Source of the DNA: an uncultured Lacinutrix sp.
Lineage (GTDB): Bacteria; Bacteroidota; Bacteroidia; Flavobacteriales; Flavobacteriaceae
Length of the DNA stretch: 64,000 nucleotides
Reading direction: 5' to 3'
Assembly: GCF_947500325.1 (NCBI RefSeq)
Contig: NZ_CANMRQ010000001.1
Coordinates: 1-64,000, forward strand
Position 1 is the first letter of the stretch. Each line of letters starts with the position of its first letter. Under the pieces are notes generated by a model that saw only the letters and a list, made by a program, of their open reading frames with translations, was not told the origin of the DNA and searched no databases. Both the position numbers and the translations under genes were made by a program. This document shows positions 1 to 9,786 of the stretch, one piece after another.

Positions 1-315
1 GCAAAAGCAGCTTTTGAATTAGATAACTTAGTACAGGTAATGAATAAATATCCTGATATGGTAATTTATGCAACCTCACACACAGATATTAGAGCAACAA
101 ATAGATATAACGATGCTTTATCAGACAGAAGAGCAAAAACAACAGTACAATACATTATCTCTAAAGGTATAGATGCTACAAGAATATCTGGAGCAGGAAA
201 AGGAGAAAATGAATTAGTGGTAGACTGTGGTGATAATTGTACAGAAGAAGAACACCAACTTAATCGTAGAAGTGAATTTGTAATTATGAGTGGTGGCCCT
301 AATACGAATAACTAG
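1..315 (+). CDS. OmpA-family protein, C-terminal peptidoglycan-binding domain (5' partial; reading frame is open from position 1, so the gene starts upstream of the window)
   Basis: OmpA_C-like motif TSHTD...NxxLSxRRAxxV...G...RI...G.GE..P, ends NRRSEFVIM; frame open from nt 1. Confidence 0.7.
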   Translation, partial: AKAAFELDNLVQVMNKYPDMVIYATSHTDIRATNRYNDALSDRRAKTTVQYIISKGIDATRISGAGKGENELVVDCGDNCTEEEHQLNRRSEFVIMSGGPNTNN

Positions 316-358
316 AACACACTAAACTTAGAAATAAATAACCAACCAAAACAAAAAA

Positions 359-385
359 GCCGCAACTTATGTTGCGGCTTTTTTA
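359..385 (+). terminator. rho-independent terminator (GCCGCAAC-loop-GTTGCGGC + T6)
   Basis: perfect 8-bp stem followed by TTTTTT directly after the OmpA-like stop. Confidence 0.65.
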
Positions 386-424
386 ATACTCTAAAGTCAT
401 AAGATAAAATAGTAACTTCGTAAC

Positions 425-1537
425 ATGAATTTATCATATTGGGAAATAAAAACTTGGTTATATAACATTGACTATACTATCGTTGGTAGTGGTATAGTAG
501 GTTTAAACTGCGCTTTAAGTTTAAGACAACGCTTTCCTAAAGCTAAAATTCTTGTCCTAGAAAAAGGTATTCTTCCACAAGGAGCAAGTACAAAAAATGC
601 AGGTTTTGCATGCTTTGGTAGTCTTAGTGAAATTGTAAAGGATCTTAATTCCCACTCGGAAGAAGAAGTCTTTCATCTTGTAAAAAATCGTATAGAAGGT
701 CTCAATTTATTAAGAGAAACTCTTGGTGATAAGACCATAGATTATCAAAATAACGGTGGTTACGAGTTGTTTTTAAAGAAAAACGAATCTTTATTTAGTA
801 ATTGTTTAGACAAAAAAAACGCTGTTAACACATTACTTCAGCCTTTATTTAAACAAGATATTTTCAAATTGCAGGATAATCTTTTTGGTTTTAAAACTAT
901 AAAAGAGCAATCTATATTTAATTCTTTTGAAGGCCAAATAGATACTGGAAAAATGATGAATGCTTTACTTAATAAAGTACAAGCGCAAAACATTAAAATA
1001 TTAAATAATATAACAGTTGAAGCATTTTTAAATGAAGGACACTCTGTAAAACTAAAAACAAATGCATTTGAATTATCGACTTCAAAATTATTAATAGCTA
1101 CAAATGGTTTTGCTAAACAATTATTAAATGAAATTGTTGAACCAGCAAGAGCACAAGTATTAATTACAAAGCCAATTAAAAACTTACATATTAAAGGCAC
1201 TTTTCATTTAGATGAAGGCTATTATTATTTTAGAAATATTAATAATCAAATATTATTTGGAGGCGGAAGGCATTTAGCTTTTAAAACCGAAAACACAACA
1301 AATTTTGGTGAAACAGAGCTCATTCAGAATACATTAGAAATGCTTCTAAAAACAACCATCTTACCAGAAACCTCTTTCGAAATAGAGCATCGTTGGAGTG
1401 GTATTATGGGTGTTGGAAAACAGAAAAAACCAATAGTAAAACAAATAGACGACAATGTCTTTTGCGGTGTACGATTAGGTGGTATGGGAGTTGCTATAGG
1501 TAGTCTGGTTGGAAAACAATTAGCAGATTTAATATAA
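425..1537 (+). CDS. FAD-dependent oxidoreductase (DAO/glycine-oxidase-like)
   Basis: N-terminal Rossmann dinucleotide motif IVGSGIVGLNCAL; 370 aa. Confidence 0.65.
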   Translation: MNLSYWEIKTWLYNIDYTIVGSGIVGLNCALSLRQRFPKAKILVLEKGILPQGASTKNAGFACFGSLSEIVKDLNSHSEEEVFHLVKNRIEGLNLLRETLGDKTIDYQNNGGYELFLKKNESLFSNCLDKKNAVNTLLQPLFKQDIFKLQDNLFGFKTIKEQSIFNSFEGQIDTGKMMNALLNKVQAQNIKILNNITVEAFLNEGHSVKLKTNAFELSTSKLLIATNGFAKQLLNEIVEPARAQVLITKPIKNLHIKGTFHLDEGYYYFRNINNQILFGGGRHLAFKTENTTNFGETELIQNTLEMLLKTTILPETSFEIEHRWSGIMGVGKQKKPIVKQIDDNVFCGVRLGGMGVAIGSLVGKQLADLI

Positions 1538-1543
1538 TAAATT

Positions 1544-2227
1544 ATGAAAAAGCTCTTTCGTTTTTTATTAAAATCTTGCTTTTGGAGCATTGTGTTTTCT
1601 ATAAGCTTAGTAGTATTATTTAAATACATCCCTGTACCAATTACACCTTTAATGGTTATTCGCTATTACCAAGACGATGCTAATCGTAAGCTTTGGAAAC
1701 ATGATTGGACTCCAATAGAAAAAATCTCTAAAAACTTACAGTTAGCTGTTATTTCTAGTGAAGATCAAAAATTTATATCTCATAGTGGTTTCGACATAGA
1801 AGCTATAGAAAAAGCGTACGAGAATAATAAAAAAGGGAAACGTATAAAAGGCGCAAGTACTATTAGCCAACAAACGGCCAAAAATGTGTTTTTATGGCCA
1901 GAACGCAGTTGGCTTCGTAAAGGATTAGAAACGTATTTCACTTTTTTAATTGAGAAAATATGGAGTAAAGAACGCATTTTGGAAGTCTATTTAAATAGCA
2001 TAGAAATGGGAAACGGCATATATGGTGCTGAAGCTGCTACACAGTATTGGTTTAAAAAATCTTCAGCTAGTCTAACAGAATATGAAGCAGCTGCAATTGC
2101 TGCTATATTACCAAATCCAAAACAATACAAGGCTAATCCTGCATCTTCATATATTCAGAAAAGAAAGACATGGATTGTTAGACAAATGCATTTTTACGGA
2201 AAACTAGAATTTAAAGCTCAAAAATGA
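1544..2227 (+). CDS. mtgA: monofunctional biosynthetic peptidoglycan transglycosylase
   Basis: N-terminal TM helix plus GT51 motifs ISSEDQKFxxHxGxD and GASTISQQ; 227 aa. Confidence 0.8.
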   Translation: MKKLFRFLLKSCFWSIVFSISLVVLFKYIPVPITPLMVIRYYQDDANRKLWKHDWTPIEKISKNLQLAVISSEDQKFISHSGFDIEAIEKAYENNKKGKRIKGASTISQQTAKNVFLWPERSWLRKGLETYFTFLIEKIWSKERILEVYLNSIEMGNGIYGAEAATQYWFKKSSASLTEYEAAAIAAILPNPKQYKANPASSYIQKRKTWIVRQMHFYGKLEFKAQK

Positions 2228-2673
2228 ATTTAAAGGAAGAATTATATAATCAATGTTTAGTATTTATAGACAATCGGCTTATAACGGTTCAAAATACAAT
2301 GCAAGAAATTCAAGAGTCTTTGCTTTCAGAAACAAAAAGCTCTGCTGGAGACAAACATGAAACTGGTAGAGCTATGTTACAACTGGAGCGTGAAAAGGCC
2401 GGAAATCAGTTAGCAGAAATTAATAAAACAAAAGCTAACTTAGTAAAAATAAATATAGAAACTACTTCACAAAAAATACACCTTGGCAGCATTGTCTATA
2501 CAACGCAAGCGAATTATTTTATTGCAATAAGTGCTGGTATACTAACAGTTAAAAATGAAGTGTTTTATGCTATCTCTCCAAGTACTCCAATTGCTCAACT
2601 ACTATTATCTAAAACAAAAGGAGATAAAATAACCTTTAGAACAAATAACTTTAGCATTACTAAAGTTATTTAG
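2224..2673 (+). CDS. GreA/GreB-family-like factor (C-terminal FKBP-like domain)
   Basis: C-terminal SPSTPIAQLLLSKTKGDKITF resembles GreA SPLAxALLGKxxGD; 4-bp overlap with mtgA stop. Confidence 0.4.
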   Translation: MNLKEELYNQCLVFIDNRLITVQNTMQEIQESLLSETKSSAGDKHETGRAMLQLEREKAGNQLAEINKTKANLVKINIETTSQKIHLGSIVYTTQANYFIAISAGILTVKNEVFYAISPSTPIAQLLLSKTKGDKITFRTNNFSITKVI

Positions 2674-2693
2674 AATATAATTATCTTTAAAAG

Positions 2694-3239
2694 ATGATAA
2701 AGACTAAAAGTATATTCTTCTTTTTTACATTTTTATTTTTGATAGCAAACTATAGTTATTCCCAAAGTAATAATGATGTTAATACACATGTTACCGTAGA
2801 TTTTAAAATTAGAAACCTAGGGTTTAATGTAGATGGCTATTTTAAAGATACCAAAATGAATGTTCTATTTAACAAAAATGATTTAGCAAATAGTTCAATT
2901 TCTGGCAAAGTATCTGTAAAATCGATAAATACTGATATAGAAAAAAGAGACGAACATTTAAAACAAGAGGACTATTTTGATGCTAAAAAGTATCCATATA
3001 TTTTATTTAAATCTTCAAAAATCATATTTAAATCTGGAGACACTTATAATGTTACTGGAGAATTAACCATAAAAAATACTACTAAAGAAATCACCATTCC
3101 TTTTAAGATAAAAAACACAACATCTGGTCTTGAATTATCAACTTACTTTGAAATTAACAGACGAGATTATAAAGTAGGTGGTAGTAGTTTTGCTCTTTCT
3201 AACACAGCAAAAATATCGATTACCTATCTTAAAAAATAA
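2694..3239 (+). CDS. YceI-family periplasmic protein
   Basis: signal peptide plus YceI-like beta-barrel motifs (GELTIKNTTKEITIPFKI); 181 aa. Confidence 0.6.
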   Translation: MIKTKSIFFFFTFLFLIANYSYSQSNNDVNTHVTVDFKIRNLGFNVDGYFKDTKMNVLFNKNDLANSSISGKVSVKSINTDIEKRDEHLKQEDYFDAKKYPYILFKSSKIIFKSGDTYNVTGELTIKNTTKEITIPFKIKNTTSGLELSTYFEINRRDYKVGGSSFALSNTAKISITYLKK

Positions 3240-3244
3240 ATGTC

Positions 3245-4384
3245 TTGAATACTGAAGACTCATACTTTGATGTTATAATAGTTGGTGGTGGTTTAGCTGG
3301 ATTATCTTCAGCAATTCACTTATCAAAATTTAAGATTAAGGTATTAGTCATTGAAAAAAACACCTATCCAAAACATAAAGTCTGTGGCGAGTATATTTCT
3401 AATGAAGTATTGCCCTATTTAAAATTTCTAGATATTGATGTTTTTAAATATGATGCTCATAAAATCAACTCATTTGAATTAACAACAATAAAAAATAAAA
3501 TAATAAAAGTAAGGCTACCACTTGGTGGTTTTGGTATTAGTAGATATTGTTTAGATAATATACTAGCAAAAAAAGTATTAGAAAGTAATGTTGAAATATT
3601 AAAAGACGCTGTTGAAGATATTACATTTATTAATAAAACATTTTCAGTAAAAACAAAAAGCGACACAACATATAAAGCTAAACTAGTTATTGGTGCTTAT
3701 GGAAAACGTGCCAATCTTGATACAAAATTAAATCGTCAATTTATAAAAGAGAAATCACCCTTTCTAGCTGTAAAAATACATGCTACTGGAAACTTCCCTG
3801 ATAATCTAGTAGCATTACATAATTTTAAAGGCGGTTATTGTGGTGTTTCAAAAGTTGAAAATAATAAAATCAACATCTGTTATATTACTAACTATAATAC
3901 TTTCAAAAAACACAAAAACATTCAAGCATTTCAAAAAGAAATTCTTTATAAAAACGAGCATTTAAAATCTATTTTCAAAAACTCCACGTCGGTTTTTGAT
4001 GTCCCTTTAACAATAAGTCAGATTTCTTTTTTAAATAAAAAACCTGTAGAAAACCATGTGCTTATGTGTGGTGACACGGCAGGAATGATTCATCCGCTAG
4101 CAGGAAACGGCATGAGCATGGCTATTAGAAGTGCCCAAATAGTTTCATCCTTAATAATTGATTACCTTGATGGTAATATAAAATCAAGATATTTATTAGA
4201 AAAGCAGTACTCAATGCTTTGGAATAAAGAGTTTAAGAACAGAATAAATACTGGGAAATTTATTGCCTATTTGTTTAGCTTAAATATAGTATCGGAAATA
4301 ATTGTACTAATATTAAAGCCATTTCCAAAAGTATTGCAGTACATTATTAAACGTACGCATGGCAAAATCATGACTACATCATGA
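3245..4384 (+). CDS. FAD-dependent oxidoreductase/hydroxylase (geranylgeranyl-reductase / halogenase-like; SrsC-like position in cluster)
   Basis: DVIIVGGGLAGLSSA Rossmann motif, 379 aa, translationally coupled to methyltransferase. Confidence 0.65.
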   Translation: MNTEDSYFDVIIVGGGLAGLSSAIHLSKFKIKVLVIEKNTYPKHKVCGEYISNEVLPYLKFLDIDVFKYDAHKINSFELTTIKNKIIKVRLPLGGFGISRYCLDNILAKKVLESNVEILKDAVEDITFINKTFSVKTKSDTTYKAKLVIGAYGKRANLDTKLNRQFIKEKSPFLAVKIHATGNFPDNLVALHNFKGGYCGVSKVENNKINICYITNYNTFKKHKNIQAFQKEILYKNEHLKSIFKNSTSVFDVPLTISQISFLNKKPVENHVLMCGDTAGMIHPLAGNGMSMAIRSAQIVSSLIIDYLDGNIKSRYLLEKQYSMLWNKEFKNRINTGKFIAYLFSLNIVSEIIVLILKPFPKVLQYIIKRTHGKIMTTS

Positions 4385-5094
4385 GTTTATTAGTGAATAC
4401 AAAATATAGGACTAATGCAACAGAAATTATGGATGATTTCTCAATTAGCGGTACTATTTTACGAGACACTTTAAATAAAATCGATAATATTAATGCTTTT
4501 TTAGGTGGTAATAATGTTACTATTAATGGGCTTAAAAAGCTATTAAAAAACCATCCAAAAGAAAAACCAATAACCATTATAGATTTAGGTTCTGGTAGTG
4601 GTGATATATTAAGAAACGTAGCAAAACTGGGCAAAAGAGAAGGCTATGCTTTTAATTTAATTGGCATAGATGCCAATAAAGATACTACTGCTTATGCCAA
4701 CGAATTGTCTATTAACTATCCAGAAATTCAATTTCTAGATTATAATATTTTTTCAGAAACATTTAAATCATTAGAATTTGACATCGTATTGTCAACCTTA
4801 TTTTTACACCATTTTAAAGAAAATGAATTACATTCACTCTTATCTTATTTAATAAAAAAAGCAACAATAGGAATAGTTGTTAACGATTTACAAAGACATA
4901 AACTAGCCTATTATTTATTTAAATTACTATGCATACCTATAACAAACAAAATGGTTATTGAAGATGGATTAACTTCTATATTAAGAGGTTTTAAACGTAA
5001 AGAATTAGAATCTATTTCGACAAAAATAAATGCCAATTATGCAATAAAATGGAAATGGGCTTTTCGTTTTCAATGGATTCTTAAAAGAAAATAA
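4381..5094 (+). CDS. class I SAM-dependent methyltransferase
   Basis: motif I IDLGSGSGD; 237 aa; overlaps upstream stop by 4 nt and abuts the PKS start. Confidence 0.7.
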   Translation: MSLLVNTKYRTNATEIMDDFSISGTILRDTLNKIDNINAFLGGNNVTINGLKKLLKNHPKEKPITIIDLGSGSGDILRNVAKLGKREGYAFNLIGIDANKDTTAYANELSINYPEIQFLDYNIFSETFKSLEFDIVLSTLFLHHFKENELHSLLSYLIKKATIGIVVNDLQRHKLAYYLFKLLCIPITNKMVIEDGLTSILRGFKRKELESISTKINANYAIKWKWAFRFQWILKRK

Positions 5095-6147
5095 ATGAGT
5101 GTAAAAATAACAGCAGTAGCAAAACAATTACCTCAATATACTAGAGAAACTAAAGATATTATACCATATTTAAATAATTGGTTATCTGGGCAAGACGATC
5201 GTTTTAAAAGAAAGGTAATAAAGCTTTTTGAAAATGCAGGCGTAGAAAGACGTTACTCTATTATGGACGCTAAAGACGTTTTTACTAAAACATCATTTGA
5301 AGAGAAAAACGACATTTATTCTCGAGAAACCATTAAGCTAGCTGAAAAATCCCTAATAAAAGCACTAGATAAAGCAAAACTACAACCAACAGATATAGAC
5401 TATATTATTACGGTAAGCTGTACAGGTATTATGATTCCATCTGTAGATGCTTATTTAATAAATAGATTAAAAATGAAGCGTGATATTGTGAGACTACCTG
5501 TTACAGAAATGGGCTGTGCAGCTGGAGTTTCAGGAATTATTTACGCTAAGAATTTCTTAAAAGCAAACCCTAATAAACGTGCAGCCGTTATTGCTGTAGA
5601 ATCTCCAACAGCGACGTTTCAACTAGATGATTTTTCTATGGTAAATATTGTAAGTGCCGCTATTTTTGGAGATGGTGCTTCTAGCGTTATACTATCATCG
5701 TATAAAAGCGATAATGGACCAAAAATTATAGATGAAGCAATGTACCATTTTTACAATGCAGAGACTATGATGGGTTTTAAATTAGTAAATACTGGCTTAC
5801 AAATGATTTTAGATAAAGCTGTACCAGAAACTATTGCTGAACATTTTCCAAAAATAGTCCACCCTTTTTTAGAAAAAAACAATCTTACAATAGAAGCTAT
5901 AAATCATCTTATTTTTCATCCTGGCGGTAAAAAAATTGTACAAACTGTAGAAGCTCTTTTTGGAGTTTTAGGTAAAAACATTGACGATACAAAAGAAGTT
6001 CTTAAATTGTATGGAAATATGAGTAGCGCTACTGTTTTATATGTTTTAGAGCGTTTTATGGACAAACAATTACCAAAAGGAGATAAAGGATTAATGTTAA
6101 GTTTTGGCCCAGGTTTTTCTGCACAACGCATACTTTTAGAATGGTAA
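5095..6147 (+). CDS. type III polyketide synthase (chalcone/stilbene synthase family; SrsA/ArsB-like)
   Basis: N-terminal LFENAGVERRYSIMD (type III PKS signature not found in FabH), active-site MGCAAG, C-terminal GFGPGFSAQRILLEW; 350 aa. Confidence 0.75.
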   Translation: MSVKITAVAKQLPQYTRETKDIIPYLNNWLSGQDDRFKRKVIKLFENAGVERRYSIMDAKDVFTKTSFEEKNDIYSRETIKLAEKSLIKALDKAKLQPTDIDYIITVSCTGIMIPSVDAYLINRLKMKRDIVRLPVTEMGCAAGVSGIIYAKNFLKANPNKRAAVIAVESPTATFQLDDFSMVNIVSAAIFGDGASSVILSSYKSDNGPKIIDEAMYHFYNAETMMGFKLVNTGLQMILDKAVPETIAEHFPKIVHPFLEKNNLTIEAINHLIFHPGGKKIVQTVEALFGVLGKNIDDTKEVLKLYGNMSSATVLYVLERFMDKQLPKGDKGLMLSFGPGFSAQRILLEW

Positions 6148-6254
6148 AATCTCGATTAACTTTACACTGTTAAAGCTCTGGACTAAACAGGAACTAAATA
6201 TCATATTGAGCTAGCAGGAACTTTAAACAATCGAAGTGTCATTAAAATAAATAT

Positions 6255-7061
6255 TTGAATAAAGTAATGAAAGAATTTCAAGATAAAAACTATTGGGCAA
6301 TTATTTTAGGCGGTTCTAGCGGATTAGGTTTAGCTACTGCAAAAAAATTGGCAAAGCACGGTATGAATATTTGTGTTGTCCATCGTAATGCCAGAGCACA
6401 TTCTGAAATATTTAATGCAGAATTTGATAAAATTAAAGCTGAAGGCATACTATTTAAATCTTATAACATTGATGCTTTTAAAGTTGAAAAACGAAACCGA
6501 ATTATTTCAGAATTAAAAGAGGTTTTAGGAACTAAAGGTAAAGTAAGAACACTTATTCATAGTGTTGCTAAAGGCAATTTGAAACCTATGGTAGATACCG
6601 AAAACCCAACTCTTACTAACGACGATTTTCATTTAACACTTAACGCAATGGCTATTAGTTTGTACGATTGGACTAAAGCGGTTTTTGAGGCCCAATTATT
6701 TGCGGAAGATGCAAGAGTACTCTGTTTTACAAGTGAAGGAAGTTCAAGAGCATGGAAAAGTTATGCTGCCGTTTCTGCCGCAAAAGTAACCTTAGAAGCC
6801 CTTTCAAGAAATATAGCACTAGAGTTTGCTCCTTTTGGTATTAGAGCAAATTGTATACAAGCTGGTGTTACAGACACCTTATCTTTTCGAATGATCCCTG
6901 GAAGCGATAAACTTAAAGAACATGCATTATCGCGAAGTCCCTTTAATCGTTTAACACAGCCTGAAGATGTTGCTAATGCTGTGTATTTATTAAATAAAGA
7001 TGAAGCCAGCTGGATTAACGGTTGTGTAATTCCTGTTGATGGCGGCGAACATATTAGTTAA
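6255..7061 (+). CDS. SDR-family ketoreductase (FabG-like)
   Basis: ILGGSSGLGLATAKKLAKHG cofactor motif, 268 aa. Confidence 0.75.
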   Translation: MNKVMKEFQDKNYWAIILGGSSGLGLATAKKLAKHGMNICVVHRNARAHSEIFNAEFDKIKAEGILFKSYNIDAFKVEKRNRIISELKEVLGTKGKVRTLIHSVAKGNLKPMVDTENPTLTNDDFHLTLNAMAISLYDWTKAVFEAQLFAEDARVLCFTSEGSSRAWKSYAAVSAAKVTLEALSRNIALEFAPFGIRANCIQAGVTDTLSFRMIPGSDKLKEHALSRSPFNRLTQPEDVANAVYLLNKDEASWINGCVIPVDGGEHIS

Positions 7062-7063
7062 AC

Positions 7064-7516
7064 ATGACTGGAAAACAAATCATAAAACTATTACCTTATC
7101 AACAACCTTTTCTATTCGTTGACGAGCTAACGACTATCTCAAACGAAAGTATTACTGGGCATTACACCTTTAAAAAAGATGAGTATTTTTACCAAGGTCA
7201 TTTTAAAGATAATCCTATTACACCTGGTGTTATTTTAACAGAATGTATGGCACAAATTGGTGTTGTTTGTTTAGGAGTTTTCATGCTAAAAGATGAACTT
7301 TCTGAAGTTAATCTTCCACAAATAGTATTAACGTCTAGTCAAATAGATTTCTTTTTACCGGTTTATCCAGAAGAAAAAGTAACAGTTATTTCTGAAAAAG
7401 AAGTCTTTCGTTTTAATAAATTGAAATGCAACGTAAAGCTTTTTAATGAAAGAAAAGAATTGGTTTGTCGTGGAAAAATTTCCGGAATGATGAAGATAGG
7501 ACAAAGCGATATATAA
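7064..7516 (+). CDS. hotdog-fold 3-hydroxyacyl-ACP dehydratase (FabZ/FabA-like)
   Basis: 150 aa, HFKDNPITPGVILTE hotdog catalytic motif. Confidence 0.65.
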   Translation: MTGKQIIKLLPYQQPFLFVDELTTISNESITGHYTFKKDEYFYQGHFKDNPITPGVILTECMAQIGVVCLGVFMLKDELSEVNLPQIVLTSSQIDFFLPVYPEEKVTVISEKEVFRFNKLKCNVKLFNERKELVCRGKISGMMKIGQSDI

Positions 7517-7596
7517 TAGTTAATTTGTCACACTGAGTTTGTTGAAGTGTTATATTAAAAATAATTAATAAGATTCCCGCTTTCGCGGGAAATGCT
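7517..7596. repeat. composite intergenic element: TGTCAC-ACTGAG...TTGAAG motif plus CCCGC-TTTC-GCGGG hairpin immediately before the start codon
   Basis: same two-part architecture recurs at 8869-8950; related motif at 57941-58030 and (minus orientation) 43729-43760. Confidence 0.5.
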
Positions 7597-8868
7597 ATGA
7601 AAAATAGAGTCGTCATCACAGGTTTAGGAGTTGTAGCACCAAATGGTGTTGAAATCGATGCGTTTTTAAAAGCCATTAAAAATGGAGATTCTGGTATTAC
7701 GTTTCATCAAAATTTAAAAGATTTAGAATTCTCCTGTTGCATTGGTGGTATTCCAGAAATTTCTGAAGAAAAAAAACTAAACTATCTAACACCTTTACAA
7801 CTTCGCAATTTTAACAGTAATGGTATTTTATACGGCTGTATTGCAGGAATAGACGCTTGGAAAGATGCTGGATTAAGCATAGATAAAGACAGTGAGTTAG
7901 ATTTTAATAGTGGAACTATATTTGGCACCGGAACATCCGGAGTAGAAAAATTTAGAGAAGCTATTTACAAACTAGACGATAAACAAGTGAAGCGTTTAGG
8001 AAGCACCGTTGTTGTTCAAACTATGGCCAGCGGGATTAGTGCATTTTTAGGAGGAATATTGGGTTTAGGTAATCAAGTGACAACGAATTCTTCTGCCTGT
8101 ACAACAGGCACCGAAGCTATCTTAATGGGTTATGAACGCATAAAAAACGGACACGCAAAACGTATGCTGGTTGGTAGTTGTAGTGACGATGGCCCATACA
8201 TTTGGGGCGGATTTGATACTATGCGAGTCATGACCTATAAACATAATAATACTCCAAAAAAAGGCTCCAGACCAATGAGTGTTTCTGCTAGTGGATTTGT
8301 TCCTGGAAGTGGCGCAGGTGCTTTAGTTTTAGAAAGTTTAGAAAGTGCTTTAGATCGTAAAGCTACCATTTATGCCGAAATTATTGGAGGTAATATAAAC
8401 TCTGGCGGACAACGCAATAATGGTACCATGACAGCGCCAAATCCAGAAGCTGTACAACATTGCATAAAAAACGCTATTAAAGATGCTCAAATTAAAGCTA
8501 AAGATATAGATACTATAAATGGGCATTTAACTGCTACATCAAAAGATACTTTAGAAATTGAAAATTGGTCAAAAGCTTTAAACCTAAACAGAAACGATTT
8601 TCCATACATAAATTCATTAAAATCTATGGTTGGTCACTGTTTAGCAGCAGCCGGTAGTATTGAAAGCGTAGCTACAGTATTGCAAATTAAAAATCAGTTT
8701 TTGTTTCCCAATATAAATTGTGAAGATTTACATCCTGGAATTTCGGCATTAATTTCTGAAGAAAAAGTAGTTAAACAATTAATGCATACAACAATAAACA
8801 TAGCAGCAAAAGCTAGTTTTGGTTTTGGTGATGTTAATGCTTGTGTTATCTTTAAAAAGTATAATTGA
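7597..8868 (+). CDS. beta-ketoacyl-ACP synthase (KAS I/II family)
   Basis: active-site SSACTTGTEAI, 423 aa, thiolase fold. Confidence 0.8.
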   Translation: MKNRVVITGLGVVAPNGVEIDAFLKAIKNGDSGITFHQNLKDLEFSCCIGGIPEISEEKKLNYLTPLQLRNFNSNGILYGCIAGIDAWKDAGLSIDKDSELDFNSGTIFGTGTSGVEKFREAIYKLDDKQVKRLGSTVVVQTMASGISAFLGGILGLGNQVTTNSSACTTGTEAILMGYERIKNGHAKRMLVGSCSDDGPYIWGGFDTMRVMTYKHNNTPKKGSRPMSVSASGFVPGSGAGALVLESLESALDRKATIYAEIIGGNINSGGQRNNGTMTAPNPEAVQHCIKNAIKDAQIKAKDIDTINGHLTATSKDTLEIENWSKALNLNRNDFPYINSLKSMVGHCLAAAGSIESVATVLQIKNQFLFPNINCEDLHPGISALISEEKVVKQLMHTTINIAAKASFGFGDVNACVIFKKYN

Positions 8869-8950
8869 GATGTCATGCTGAGCGCAGTCGAAGCATCTCA
8901 ACAAAAAATAAGTTTAATTAAAAAGATTTCCACTTTCGCGGAAAGTAAAC
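8869..8950. repeat. composite intergenic element: TGTCATGCTGAGCGCAGTCGAAGCAT motif plus TTCCAC-TTTC-GCGGAA hairpin before the ACP start
   Basis: paralogous to 7517-7596. Confidence 0.5.
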
Positions 8951-9205
8951 ATGACAAAAGACCAATTAATAGCCAAACTAAAAAGTATTGTAGAACCCTA
9001 TATACAGAACGAAGAAGCATTTAATAATTTATCGGAAAACACAGATTTTATTAATGACTTAAAAATAAACTCTGCTAATTTAGTTGATGTTGTATTAGAT
9101 GTTGAAGATGAGTTTGATATTCGTATAGAAAACGATGATATGGAAAAAATGATATCTGTAAAAACAGCAATGGACATTATTAATGAAAAATTGAATGCTA
9201 AATGA
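8951..9205 (+). CDS. acyl carrier protein (dedicated, cluster-associated)
   Basis: 84 aa acidic four-helix protein with phosphopantetheine-attachment serine region DLKINSANLVDVV. Confidence 0.7.
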   Translation: MTKDQLIAKLKSIVEPYIQNEEAFNNLSENTDFINDLKINSANLVDVVLDVEDEFDIRIENDDMEKMISVKTAMDIINEKLNAK

Positions 9206-9786
9206 TTGGCAACGACATTGTCGATTTAAACTATGCCGCTAAACATTCTCCCTATAGTAATAGTAAAAGATACCAACGTTTTCTAGATAAAGTTTTCACT
9301 AAAAAAGAACAACTACTTATTTTTAATGCTGAAGATAAACACCAAATGGTTTGGCTGCTTTGGAGTATGAAAGAAGCTGCCTATAAAGTAAATGTACAAC
9401 AGTTTGGGAAGCAGTTTTATAACCCAAAACGCATTGATTGCAAATTGCTTAATGACAAAAAAGGGCAAGTTATTATTGATGAAAACCTATATTTTACTGA
9501 GTCAATAATTACTGATGATTTTAGTCACTCTATTGCGACCTTAGAAGGTGAAACTGACTTTAAAAGCGAATGGTTTAAAGTTGAAAAATTGGATTATAAA
9601 ACACAAAGTAAAATGCTAAAATATTCTTTTCTAAAATTAATATCTGAAACCAAAGGATTTAATATTCAAACTTTGAGCATTAAAAAAACAGAGGTAGGTA
9701 TTCCTAAATTATTTAATGAATCTAAAAAACTGTGTATTGATTTTTCTTTGTCACATTGTGGCGAGTTTTCCGGGTTTGTTTTTTAA
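9202..9786 (+). CDS. 4'-phosphopantetheinyl transferase
   Basis: MIGNDIVDL N-terminus, 194 aa, overlaps ACP stop by 4 nt. Confidence 0.6.
   Translation: MIGNDIVDLNYAAKHSPYSNSKRYQRFLDKVFTKKEQLLIFNAEDKHQMVWLLWSMKEAAYKVNVQQFGKQFYNPKRIDCKLLNDKKGQVIIDENLYFTESIITDDFSHSIATLEGETDFKSEWFKVEKLDYKTQSKMLKYSFLKLISETKGFNIQTLSIKKTEVGIPKLFNESKKLCIDFSLSHCGEFSGFVF

Noticed and set aside
838-1629. Antisense ORFs 838-1200 (-) and 1324-1629 (-)
   Set aside because: They are embedded antisense in the FAD-oxidoreductase and mtgA genes, which carry clear domain motifs.
5095-6147. FabH/DarB-type KAS III assignment for the 350-aa condensing enzyme
   Set aside because: The N-terminal LFENAGVERRY block and C-terminal GFGPGFS...LLEW are type III PKS hallmarks that FabH lacks. 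The gene is therefore called type III PKS, pending phylogeny.
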